From assembly GCA_951406725.2 (NCBI GenBank), contig OX597837.1:37758001-37822000 (forward strand): a stretch of DNA of 64,000 nucleotides, read 5' to 3'. Positions within the stretch are counted from its first letter, which is position 1; each line of letters starts with the position of its first letter. The DNA comes from Octopus vulgaris (lineage: Eukaryota). Of the stretch, positions 1-11,562 are shown in pieces. Position numbers and translations under genes: made by a program. The notes under the pieces are model-generated. The model made no database searches, had not been told where the DNA came from, and saw only the letters and a program-made list of their open reading frames with translations.

Positions 1-32
1 TGGGGTTAGTTAACCACTATGCCATATGCCCG

Positions 33-292
33 TGGGTGTAGTGGTTAAGAGCATGGGCTACTAACCCCAAGACTCCGAGTTTGATTCAAGGCAGTGACTT
101 GAATAATAATAATAATAACATCGAAAAATACCTTAGGAATGAGAACCCAGGTTCAAAATTCCCCCCAAGACACCTGATGAAGGCTGGAAGGTATATCAGC
201 CGAAATGTTGTGTTAACAACAAACAAGATGAGGACAAATATCCATCAAATGTAAATAATGTAAATAATTCCTCATCTCTTGAATGTAGAACT
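33..292 (+). mobile_element. tRNA-headed repeat carrying a minimal hammerhead ribozyme (SINE/Penelope pLTR-like hybrid)
   Basis: tRNA-like head (TGTAGTGGTTAAGAGC A-box-like; GAGTTTGATTC B-box-like), then (AAT)n, then a body with GACAC-CTGATGA-A-GGCTG..CAGCC-GAAA-TGTT-GTGTT. A second copy lies on the minus strand at 4746-5010. Confidence 0.7.
169..214 (+). ncRNA. Type-I minimal hammerhead ribozyme motif (one stem III substitution)
   Basis: Stem I GACAC/GTGTT, core CTGATGA (174-180), stem II GGCTG/CAGCC, GAAA (202-205). Stem III reads ATGT where the paralogue has palindromic ACGT. Predicted cleavage after 209. Confidence 0.7.
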
Positions 293-317
293 GTCCCTTC
301 AATATATTATACTATTA

Positions 318-632
318 TAGGATGGAACCAGTGGGAAAGGTAGACCCAGGAACACAATGAGATGAGGTGGTGAAGCATGATCTTCAGATGTCGGGCCTCA
401 TGGAGGTGATGATATGTGACTGAGATCTTTGGTGCTTGAGAAGACTCGTCAAGCCAAGTAAAAATTGTAGTGGTGGCCATTGCCAGTTTTATGTAAATGG
501 CATGTAAAAAGCACCCACTACATTCTTGGAGTGGTCGGCATTAGGAAGGGCATCCAGCTGTGGAAACCATGCCAAAGAAGACTGGAACCTGGTGCAGCTC
601 TCCTGCTTGCCAGCTCTGGTCAAATTGTCTAA
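318..632 (+). mobile_element. RTE-clade LINE 3' fragment (ORF end plus 3'UTR)
   Basis: Degenerate translation GKGRPRNT.DEVVKHDL..GL resembles the RTE C-terminus. It is followed by the 'gttaggaagggcatccagctg' 3'UTR seen many times in the window. Confidence 0.65.
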
Positions 633-939
633 GCCAGTGGCTCCCAGACTTTTTTGGGCTGCCACCCCCTTGACACCCTTTCTGAAGCAAATTCAAACCA
701 ACCGTATTTCACAAATAAAACTTAATCTCATGAACCCTTTATTTTGTTGTTTTTACATGAATCGCTACCCCATTATCTCCCCCCTTTTCTTCAACGCCCC
801 CTTGGAACTTTCCACCTCCCTGTTACCTTAGGAATTTGTCCTTCTTGCAGTTAGAAAACATCATCTGCGGATCTCACTCTTCTTCCCTGCTACAAACTTC
901 TGCAGGTTATGTAGATTGGCTGTTTGCAGGACTCCCCTA

Positions 940-1083
940 CATCAGTTTCTGTCTGCCAAATCCACTCACAAGGCTTTGGTCGGCCCGAGGCTATAGTAGA
1001 AGACACTTGCCTAAGGTACCACACGCAGTGGGACTGAACCCAGAACCATGCGGTTGGTAAGCAAGCTACTTACCACACATACA

Positions 1084-1129
<46 letters not shown>

Positions 1130-1286
1130 AAACATGGGCTTCTTTTAGTTTCCATCTACCAAATCCATTCACAAGGCTTTGGTCGGCCCGAGGCTATAGT
1201 AGAAGACACTTGCCCAAGGTACCACACGCAGTGGGACTGAACCCAGAACCATGCGGTTGGTAAGCAAGCTACTTACCACACATACA

Positions 1287-1328
<42 letters not shown>

Positions 1329-1487
1329 AAACATGGGCTTCTTTTAGTTTCCATCTACCAAATCCATTCACAAGGCTTTGGTCGGCCCGAGGCTATAGTA
1401 GAAGACACTTGCCCAAGGTACCACACGCAGTGGGACTGAACCCAGAACCATGCGGTTGGTAAGCAAGCTACTTACCACACATACACC

Positions 1488-1523
<36 letters not shown>

Positions 1524-1865
1524 AAACATGGGCTTCTTTTAGTTTCCATCTACCAAATCCATTCACAAGGCTTTGGTCGGCCCAAGGCTATAATACAAGA
1601 CACCTGCCCAAGGTGCCACGCAGTGGGACTGAACCCGGAACCATATGGTTGGTAAGCAAGCTACTTACCACACAGCCACACCTACACCTATATATATACA
1701 CAAAACATGGGCTTCTTTTAGTTTCCATCTACCAGTTTTACTCCCAAGGTATTGGTTAACCTGCAGCTAGAACACAAGACACCAGCCAACAGTATCAACA
1801 CAGAGGAATCGAACCCCTAATCTCATGATTCAAAAACAAACTTCTTAACCACACAGCCATGCCTC
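940..1865 (-). repeat. Tandem array of about 4-5 SINE-A 5' halves (~200 bp period)
   Basis: Near-identical units (ccaaatccattcacaaggctttggtcggcccgagg...cttaccacacat) separated by (TA)n(CA)n; the last unit is degenerate. Confidence 0.85.
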
Positions 1866-1872
1866 TACTTAT

Positions 1873-2884
1873 TAACCCTTTGGCATTCAGGATTCCTTAC
1901 TCTTTTACTCTTTTACTTGTTTCAGTCATTTGACTGCGGCCATGCTGGAGCACCGCCTTTTAGTCGAGCAAATCGACCCCGGGACTTATGCTTTGTAAGC
2001 CCAGTACTTATTCTATCGGTCTCTTTTACCGAACCGCTAAGTGACAGGGATGTAAACACACCAGCATCGGTTGTCAAGCAATGCTAGGGGGACAAACACA
2101 GACACATACATATATATATACATATATATGACAGGCTTCTTTCAGTTTCTGTCTACCAAATCCACTCACAAGGCATTGGTCAGCCTGGGGCTATAGCAGA
2201 AGACACTTGCCCAAGATGCCACGTAGTGGGACTGAACCCGGAACCATGTGATTGGTAAGCAAGCTACTTACCACACAGCCACTCCTGCGCCTTCATCAAA
2301 TTTGATGCATATTTATATATCTTGTATTGAATTAATCCTGCATTATCTCATAGATTCAATATTTCAATGATGTGGTTATTTCTAGAATGACATTGTAGAG
2401 TAGGTGTGAGAGGCTGGATCTGGCTAGTTTGAACCAAAAAAAAAACAATCAAAGATTTAGGCTGGATTCGGCTGGCTTAACCCTTGAGTATTCAAATTAC
2501 TCTGTCAAAGTTAATCCTTACTTATTCACATTGTTTTGAATTAATCATGGATTATCTCGTTAGCTTTGGGATTACAATGATGTGGTTATTTTTAGAATGA
2601 TATTGTAGAGTAGGTGTGAAAGGCTGGATCTGGCTAGTTTGAACAAAAAAAAACAAAGATTTTGGCTGGATATGGCTGGCTTAACCCTTGAGTATTCAGA
2701 TTAATCTATCAAAGTTAATCCTTATTTATTCTCACTGTTTTGAATTACTCATGGATTATCTCGTTAGCTTTGAGATTTCAATGATGTGGTTATTTTTAGA
2801 ATGATATTGTAGGGTAGGTGTGAGAGGCTGGATCTGGCCAGTTTGAATAAAAAACTGGTGGCTGGTTTAAATGGCAAAGAGTTA
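1873..2884 (+). mobile_element. Tandem trimer of piggyBac-type MITE family 2; first unit interrupted by a SINE
   Basis: Units start TTAA-CCCTT at about 1872, 2477 and 2681, and the array ends 'aaagagttaa'. Same family as the complete copy at 21079-21298. Confidence 0.75.
1897..2290 (-). mobile_element. Full-length tRNA-derived SINE family A
   Basis: Head ggcgcaggagtggctgtgtggtaag..gggttcagtccc, central (TA/TG)n, tail gcggtgctccagcatggccgcagtcaaatgactgaaacaagtaaaa. Many copies in the window. Confidence 0.9.
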
Positions 2885-4079
2885 AACCGTGAAACAGAAT
2901 CTCAGATTAAAATAGAACCAAAAGTGAAGCTTGTATTCTGAGTCTGAGTTTTGGAAAGAATGAAAAGATTAAGGAAAAAAAATAAGGCAAAAAACTGTCT
3001 GTTGGATAAAATTGAAAGTTTGGTCATGAAATAAATGCATCTTATGAGACTGAGTGAGTGTGTAAATGCATCTATGTGTGAGTGTGAGTGTGGGTATGAG
3101 TGTGAATGTGAATGTGAGTGAGTGTATGAGTGTGAATGTGAGTGTGTGAATGAGTATGAGCATGAGCGTGAATGTGAGTGTGAGTATGAGTATGAGTGTG
3201 AGTTTGAGTATGAGCATGAATTGGAGTATGAATGTGAGTGTGAGTATGAATAAAAGCATGAGTATGTGAATGTGAGTATGGGTTTGAGTATGAGCATGAA
3301 TGTGAGTGTGAGTATGAGAATGTGTGTGTGTGTGTATTTATGTGTGTCCTTTTATGACTGTGTTTGTTCCCGACACTATCACTTGACAACCGATGATGGT
3401 GTGTTTACATCCCGGCAAAAGAGACCTATAGAATAAGTCCTGGGGTAGATTTCTTTGACTAAAAGGTGGTGCTCCAATATGGTCGCAGTCGAATGACTGA
3501 TACAAGTAGAAATAATTTAATAATAACGAAGGGGAAGTCATTCCCAGTGATTTTGATATCAAAAGGATTAAGATTAGGAAACGAAAACGACTGATTTTTT
3601 TTTTTTTTTTGACCGTTTATGTCTTTGTGAAGGTTTTGATCTTAGAACATTCCAGTCTGTCGCTACCATCAATTAAGACGGCTGTCTCTGTCGGAATTTT
3701 CTTCTCAGATGACTTGTTCTTTATAGTTCACGCTAAAATGTCAATGTTGCCTTGGTTTTATCCTTTAAAATGTCAAGGTTTTCTAGAGTTTTAGATTATT
3801 AACCCTTACTTTACCATATTTCTCTTGAAACACACTTTGTTTTGGTTAAGTTTGAAAACAATGAAGAATTTACTAAAACTTTCATTTTGAAAATAACGAA
3901 AGATTTAGTAAAACAACTTTGCCATTATTAATCTGGTGTCTGGAACATAAATTATCATGAAATTTTGAAGGAAGGTTTTAAGTCAGATCACTTTAACCCT
4001 TTGGTTACCATATTTGTATTGAAATACTCTGTCTTTGTTTCAATAAATTTTGAAAACAACGAAGAATTTAGTATTATTA

Positions 4080-4489
4080 CTCTCTTTACTCGTTTACTTG
4101 TTTCAGTCATTTGACTGCGGCCATGCTGGGGCACCGCCTTTTTTTAGTCGAGCAAATCGACCCCGGGACTTATTCTTTGTAAGCCTAGTACTTATTCTAT
4201 CGGTCTCTTTTTGCCGAACCGCTAAGTGACAGGGACATAAACACACTAGCATCAGTTGTCAAGCAATGCTAGGGGGACAAACACAGAGACGCAAATACAC
4301 ACACACACACGCATATATATATACATATGTACGACGGGCTTCTTTCAATTTCCATCTACCAAATCCACTCACAAGGTTTTGGTTGGCCCGAGGCTATAGT
4401 GGAAGACACTTGCCCAAGATGCCACTCAGTGGGACTGAACCCGGAACCATATGGTTGGTAAGCAAGCTACTTAGCACACAGCCACTCCT
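4080..4489 (-). mobile_element. SINE family A, full length
   Basis: Same head, body and tail as 1897-2290; inserted in a MITE remnant. Confidence 0.88.
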
Positions 4490-4745
4490 TGTTTCAATTA
4501 ATTTTGAAAATAATGAAGAATTTAGTAAAATAACTTTGGCATATTAAGTTGGTGTTTGGAACATAAATTAGCAAAAAATTTTGATGAAATGTTTTAATTT
4601 AGATTATTTTAAATAAGAGTGATCTCAGGTGGGTTAGTATCAAAAGGTTTTTTTTATTGTACCCACGACTTGTGGGGCCCTGGCTCTCCAACACAAGTGA
4701 CCGTCAAATTCTTTGGGGCAAAATTTGAAACCATTATTATTATTC

Positions 4746-5170
4746 CAGTTCTATATGTAAGAAATGAGGAATTATTTACATTATTTACATTTGATGGATA
4801 TTTGTCCTCATCTTGTTTGTTGTTAACACAACGTTTCAGTTGATATACCCTCCAGCCTTTATCAGGTGTCTTGGGGAAATTTCGAACCTGGGTTCTCATT
4901 TCTAAGGTATTTTTCGATGTTATTGTTATTATTATTATTAAAGTCACTGCTTGGAATTGAACTTGGAATCTTGGGATTAGTAGCCCGTGCTCTTAACTAT
5001 TATGCCATATGCCCATAGGCAATTATGGAGTGAATTTTAGGGCTTATTATTATTATTATTATTATTATTCAGGTCACTGCTTGGAATCGAACTTGGAATC
5101 TTAGGGTTAGCAGCCTGCGCTCTTGACCACTACGCCATATGCCCGTGGACAATTATGGAATGAATTTTAG
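4746..5170 (-). mobile_element. Second copy of the tRNA-head + hammerhead repeat, with a tandemly duplicated head
   Basis: Reverse complement of 33-292. The head unit occurs twice (about 4943-5043 and 5068-5170). The hammerhead motif at 4825-4870 reads GACAC-CTGATAA-A-GGCTG..CAACT-GAAAC-GTT-GTGTT. Confidence 0.72.
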
Positions 5171-5663
5171 ATTTTATAATTACAATAATAATAATAATAA
5201 TAATTATTATTATTATTATTACAGTAGCAAGCTGGCAGAATTGTTAGCGTGCTGGTCAAAATGCTTAGCGGCATTTCATCCATATTTACATTCTGAGTTG
5301 AAATTCTACTGAGGTCGACTTTGCCCTTCATCCTTTCGGGGTCAATGAAATAAGTACCAGCTGAGCACTGGGGGTCGATGTAGTTTACTCCCTCCCTCCC
5401 AGGAAATTACTGTCAAAATTTGAAACCAACATTATTATGACCAGAAACCTTATAAATATATCCCAGCCCCCTGTTTATACTCTAACCTCCACCATAATTC
5501 TCACTAGATTTTACCCCTTCCTACCCCCTATTTACCCCATTTAGTTAATTCTAATCCCAGTCCAACTGAACTATTTGTTCAGCAGTTTAATATCACCCTT
5601 AAGAAATAGTTTTGGGTTTTGATTTGTTATATGCCATTAATCCTTATTTTTACCAATTAGCTA

Positions 5664-6060
5664 AGGCGGCGAGCTGGCAGAATCATTAGCACACTGGGCG
5701 AAATGCTTAGCGGTATTTCGTCTGCCGCTACGTTCTGAGTTCAAATTCCGCCGAGATTGACTTTGCCTTTCATCCTTTCATGGTCGATTAAATAAGTACC
5801 AGTTACGCACTGGGGTTGATATAATCGACTTAATCTGTTTGTCTGTCCTTGTTTGTCCCCTCTGTATTTAGCCCCTTGTGGGTAGTAAAGAAATAGGTAT
5901 TTCGTCTGCCGCTACGTTCTGAGTTCAAATTCCGCTGAGGTCAACATTACTTTTTATCCTTTCAGGGTTGATAAAATAAATACCAGTTGAACACTGGGGA
6001 TTGATGTAATCAACTTACCCCTTCTTGAAATTGCTGGCCTTGTGCCAAAATTTGAAACCA
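5664..6060 (+). mobile_element. SINE family B (ggcggcgagctggcagaa head) with duplicated body
   Basis: A-box-like GAGCTGGCAGAATC, B-box GAGTTCAAATTC, conserved core gcctttcatcctttcggggtcgataaa..agtaccag; many copies. Confidence 0.85.
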
Positions 6061-6087
6061 GTATCATGTATTACATGATGTGAGCTT

Positions 6088-6232
6088 AGGTGCGTGGCTT
6101 AGTTGTTAGGGTGTTAGGCTCACGATCGTAAGGTTGTGGTTTCGATCCCTGGACTGGGTGATCTATTGTATCCTTGAGCAAGCCTCTTCACTTCACGTTG
6201 CTCCAGTCCACTCAGCTGTAGAAATGAGTACC
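6088..6232 (+). mobile_element. tRNA-derived SINE with CORE-like domain (family D)
   Basis: TGGCTTAGTTGTTAG / GGTTTCGATCCC boxes followed by ccttgagcaag..cttcacgttgctccagtccactcagctg. Related copies at 6857-6990 and 8755-8990. Confidence 0.65.
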
Positions 6233-6334
6233 ACTAGTGCAGGTGCGTCGCTCCGGGATTAGGGTGTTTAGGGTGTAGAGGCTGGTTTATTAGAGACCCC
6301 CTCCACTTTTTTTTTTTTTGGACCAGGAGAAGGT

Positions 6335-6772
6335 AAAGTTAAGTTAAGTTAATTTTTGGGGCTCAAAAAGCAAAAAGCAAGGCCATGTAGGGGGACATGG
6401 AGTTATGTACAGGGAGGGTGTTCATGCAAAGAGTTCAGGCCATTTCTGGTCAAGGGAGACTTTGAACCGAGCGGTCGTCGGCATCTTCACTATCTCGTCC
6501 AGCAGCTTATTCCACAGATATGCAACCTGGATGGAGAAAGCCCCTCTCCTTCGATTGAGATGAAATCGTCGCAGATAGAGCTTTTTGGAGTGACCCCGCA
6601 GCCGACGCTCTGGAGCAGGAGTGAAGAACAGCTCTTTCGAGAGGTTACATTTTCCGCTTATGATGTTGTGAGCAAGAATGAGATCACCACGGCGTCGTCG
6701 TTTTTCTAGAGAATAAAGGTCGAGCGTCTTCAGCCTTTCTTCATAAGACAAATGCTTGAGACCAAGAACCAT
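6335..6772 (-). mobile_element. CR1-clade LINE 3' end (5'-truncated)
   Basis: ORF 6422-6772: LSYEERLKTLDLYSLEKRRRRGDLI..RLRGHSKKL..WNKL, the typical CR1 RT C-terminal domain. Short 3'UTR and (TTAAC)n tail. Confidence 0.9.
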
Positions 6773-7879
6773 GCGGTAGTAAGGCTATAGAGCCTTGCTT
6801 CGGTTGAGAGCAAATAATATAAATTTTGTCCTATTGTAAAAAAGTGCACTAGTGCAGGTGCATTGCTCAGTGGTTAGGGTGTTGGGCTCATGACTGTAAG
6901 GTTGTGGTTTCAATCCCTGGTCCGGGTGATCCGTTGTATCCTTGAGCAAAACACTTCTTCACTTCATGTTGCTCCAGTCCACTCAGATACGCTGTATGGC
7001 TGCAGCACCCTTAACAACCTCCAAGGAGTTAAGGGGCTTGTCAACAGGTGCGAGTGTTTGGAACCTGGTTTCCGGCTTTTAGGATAGCTTTAAGCCAAGA
7101 GTTTTGGGGCACCCTAAAAAGGGTCATGGACATTGCCTTCTGTTACTGACTAAAAGATGAAAAAGAAAAATACGCCAAGGGACATAATGACACAAACTAT
7201 AAAAGAAACAACAAAAACCAAAAACAACATAAAATAATCAAGAAGAAAAAAATCCAATAAAAACAGTAAAAAATGTATTCTTGTCGAAATCTATAAAAAA
7301 CAATAGCAAAAACATAGTCATCATCATCATTAACATCAGTTGCAAGGAGAGAGAGGGGGGGAAGTGAGAGAGGGAGAGGGAGAAAGACTGTGAAGTAGAG
7401 AAGGGAGAAAGAGAGAGAGACTGAGAAGCAGAGAGAAAAGAGAGAGAAAGACTGAGAAGCAGAGAGGGAGATGGAGAGAAAAAGAGAGAGAGAGAGAGGG
7501 AGAGAAAGAGAGTGAGAGAAAGAAAGAGAGAGAAAGGCTCAAAAGCAGAGATGAAGAAAGAAAGAGAGAGAGAGAGTGTGACAGAGATGGAGTGATAAAC
7601 AGAAAGAAAAAAGAGAGAGAGAAAAGAGAAAGAGAGGGAGACAGGGAGGCAGAGAGAAAAAGATGGGGAAGAGAGAATGAACTAAATAAAAAAAAATAAA
7701 TAAATAAATAATCATCGGCTCGGCCCCCCCCATCGCCCCCCCCTCCACAAAACAACTCAAGCGTGTGATCACATGATTTCTGCTAAAACAAAGTCTATTT
7801 GCATAATTTATTATTCATGACGTTTTTAGCTGGCAACTGGGAAGACTTTACACTTCTGCAAGAGAGAGGGTGTCAGAGT

Positions 7880-7923
<44 letters not shown>

Positions 7924-8068
7924 TAAGGGACAGATCGTGTGTGTGTAAAAAGGGACAGAGGTGTGTCTTTGTGGTTGAGTTCTGTAGGAAAGTGGAGTGT
8001 ATGTGGTGTGTCTTTGTGGTTGAGTTCTGTAGGAAAGTGGAGTGTATGTGTCTGCTGTAGGGGTCAGA

Positions 8069-8104
<36 letters not shown>

Positions 8105-9194
8105 TTTATGATGTGTTATAAGAGAGAAGGTTAGTGTAAACGTGTGTGTGTTATGGGAAACAGATGTGTGTATAATAGGGAAAAGGTGTGTATGTGTGTG
8201 TGTATGTGTGTTATGGGAGACAGATATGTATGTATGTGTGTGCTATGGGGAACAAATGAGTGTGTGTGTATGTGTGTGTAATAGGGAAAAGTTGTGTATG
8301 TGTTGTATGTGTGTGTGTGTGTTTTATGGGAGACTGATATGTATGTATCTGTGTGTGTGCTATGAGGGATAAATGAGTGTGAGTGTATGTGTGTTTTATG
8401 GGGAATAGATATGTGTGTGTGTGTGTGTGTTATGGGGGACAAATATGTGTGTGTGTGAGTGTGTTATGGGGGGGGGGGAAGATTGTGTGTTATGGGGGAC
8501 AGATATGTGTGTGTGTGTGTGTTATGGGGAAAGATATGTCTGTGTGTGTGTTATGGGGGACAGATATGTGTGTGAGTTATGAGGAAGAGATATGTGTGTG
8601 TGTTTGGGGACAGATATGTGTGAGTGTATGTGTGTGTGTGTGTGTGTGTGTGTTATATAGAAGGGAGGTGTGTTTTTGGGTGAGATTAGGATTATGCATA
8701 ACAAGGACAAGGGTGTGTGTATGATGTGGCTAAGTTATACAGAATAGTGTGTGTGTGTGGCTTAGTGGTTAGGATTATTTGACTTGCAATTGCAAGGTCA
8801 GGAGTTCAATTCCTGATGGTACATTGTGCCTCTTGAGCAAGAAACTTTTATTTCACATTGCTCTGGTTCACTCAGTCAGGGAAAGTGAGTAATTCTGTGA
8901 TGGACTGCTGTCCTGTCCACGTGGAGTATACATACAACATGGAAACTGGGAAACTGACCCTTATGAGCTTATAGAAGTTGGGAAAGAACTCTTAATGCAA
9001 GAGGCAAAATGATTTGTACCTGCAATTCAAAGGGTTCAATCTTGTTACATTCTGTGTCATCACACAGAATCCCCCTGAGAACTACATTAAAGATATGCAT
9101 ATCTGTGAGTTCTCAGCCACTTGCATGTTAATTTCACGAACAGGTTGTGTTCCATTGATCAGTTCAACTGGAACCTTTGTCGTAATAACCTGTG

Positions 9195-9505
9195 AAAAAA
9201 CATTTGAGCGAGGTCGTTGCCAGTGCCACTGGACTGCCTCCTGTGCAGGTGGCACGTAAAAAACACCATTTGAGTGTAGCCGTTGCCTGTACCGCCTGAC
9301 TGGCCCTCATGCTGGTGGCACGTAAAAGCACCTACTACACTCTCAGAGTGGTTAGTGTTAGGAAGGGCATCCAGCGGTAGAAACTCTGCCAGATTAGATT
9401 GGAGCCTGGTGCAGCCATCAGGTTCACCAGCCCTCAGTCAAATCGTCCAACCCATGCCAGCATGGAAAGTGGACGTTAAACGATGATGATGATGATGATG
9501 ATGAT
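9195..9505 (+). mobile_element. RTE 3'UTR-derived repeat with (GAT)n tail
   Basis: ggtggcacgtaaaa subrepeats, then gttaggaagggcatccagc..ccaacccatgccagcatggaaagtggacgttaaac(gat)n. Confidence 0.75.
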
Positions 9506-10204
9506 ATTCCTGGTGACACATTGTGCCTCTTGAGCAAGACTCTTTATTTCACATTGCTCCCTTTTAATCAACTGGTGAAATGAGTTGTCCTTGTTATTCA
9601 AAAGGGGTCAGCCATGGTACATTCTGTGTCATGCTGAATCCACCCTGAGAACTATGCTAAGAGCACATGTGTCTGTGGAGTACTCAGCCACTTGTTCTGT
9701 TGATTGGATCAGATCAACTGGAACATTAATCAATGTAACCGGTGGAGCACTCGCTTTAGTTTAAATTGTGTATGTGTGCACGCACATGTTTATATGTGTA
9801 TGTGTATATGTGTGTGTGTGTGCGCGCGCACATGTTTATGTGTATGTGTGCATGTGTGTGTGTGTATGTGTTCATGTGTGTGCGCGCACATGTTTATATG
9901 TGTACGTGTGCATGTGTATATGTGTGTGAGTGTGTGTGCGCGCGCGCGCACATGTTTATGTGTGCATGTGTGTGTGTGTATGTGTGTGCGCGCACATGTT
10001 TATATGTGTATGTGTGCATGTGTGTGTGTGTGTGCATGCGTATGTGTGTGTGTTATAAAAAAATCATCATCATCATCATTTAACGTCCATTTTCCATGTT
10101 GGCTGTTTTCCCTGAGGGGTTACCAGTTTTTACATGCATGTTTAAAGAGCCCCTTGGGTTTGCTAAAGAATCGTGTCTATCATTGTATTGGATTGGTGCA
10201 TAAT

Positions 10205-10571
10205 TACTCTTTTACTTGTTTCAGTCATTTGACTGCAGCCATGCTGGAGCACCGCCTTTAGTCGAGCAAATCGATCCCAGGACTTATTCTTTGTAAGCCT
10301 AGTACTTATTCTATCGATCTCTTTGCCGAACTGCTAAGTTACGGGGACATAAACTCACCAGCATCGGTTGTGAAATGGCGTTGGGGGCACAAACACAGAC
10401 ACACATATATACATATATACGATGGGCTTCTTTCAGTTTCCATCTACCAAATCCGCTCACAAGGCTTTGGTTGGCCTGAGGCTATAGTAGAAGACACTTG
10501 CCCAAGGTTCCATGCTGTGGGACTGAATCCGGAAATATGTGGTTGGTAAAGAAGCTACCTACCACACAGCG
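10205..10571 (-). mobile_element. SINE family A
   Basis: Matches the family A consensus. Confidence 0.85.
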
Positions 10572-10771
10572 AAACAAATTTTATTCAACAAAAACATCTT
10601 TAAATGATGGTCTGATCATCTGCCAAGCAAATGGGAAGCAGTAATTGAGGTAGATTGTGAATATGCTCCAGAATAATCATTTAAAGATGTTTTTGTTACA
10701 TGTTGTTATTGTTTTTGTTGAATAAAATTTGTTGAAAAAAAAAGCCACAATAATTATGCCCCAGCCTAATA
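10572..10771 (+). mobile_element. Mariner transposon 3' remnant with right TIR
   Basis: Translates HLPSKWEAVIEVDCEYAPE*, like the mariner transposase C-terminus. Ends ..ATAATTATGCCCCAGCCTAA-TA, a mariner-type TIR plus TA. Confidence 0.7.
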
Positions 10772-11562
10772 TAATATGCTACGTGTTCATTCAAATAAGC
10801 AACAAAAAGAACCAACTTTAAAATAACAGTGAGATTTTATTCGTACGTAAAGTGGCTACAGTGGATCAAAGCAAGAAACACTACAAGTTCTGTCGGTTGT
10901 TCGTTCTTTGTTTGGATAATTCAGCTTGGGTTGTCATGGGTGGCATGTGTTCTATTGTATTAATTTTCCTCTTGTGAAAACAGCAGGAAATTAGCATAGT
11001 TCACCTTGATGAAAATCTGTCTGTCCTTTATTTCGTACTGGGGTCGATCTAATCGAATAGCCCTCCTCCCCCAAAATTTCGGGCCTTGTGCCTTGAGCAG
11101 AAAAGAATATGCTAAAATAGAACGGTAGCAAGCTGGTAGAAACATTAACATACTGGGCAAAATGCTTAGCATCATATCATCTGTCTTTATGTTCTGAGTT
11201 CAAATTCTGCCGAGGTCAACTTTGTCTTTCATCCTTTCAGGGTCGATAAATTAGGTACCAGTTGCATACTGTGGTCGATCTAATTGACTGGCCCCCTCCC
11301 CCAAAATTTTGGGCCTTGTATCTAGAGTAGAAATGAATATACTATAATAGAAATTGTCCTCACTGCAGATGGTTTGACCGAGTGTGATGGATCCAGGAGT
11401 GTGTCATGCTCTACTGTTTATTTGATATGGTTTCCACAGCTTGAAGCCCTTCCCAACACCCAACCACTTTACAATGTAGCGCAATAAAACACCCAGTAGA
11501 GACCGTAAAGTAGTTGGTGTCAGGAAGGGTGTCCAGTCATTAGAAACCATGCTAAAGCAGGT

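Noticed and set aside
836-1439. Recurrent short ORFs (LPNPLTRLWSARGYSRRHLPK..)
   Set aside because: Antisense translation of SINE family A, not a gene family.
940-1865. CRISPR-like regular array
   Set aside because: Units are ~200-bp SINE halves with microsatellite spacers; eukaryotic DNA, no cas genes.
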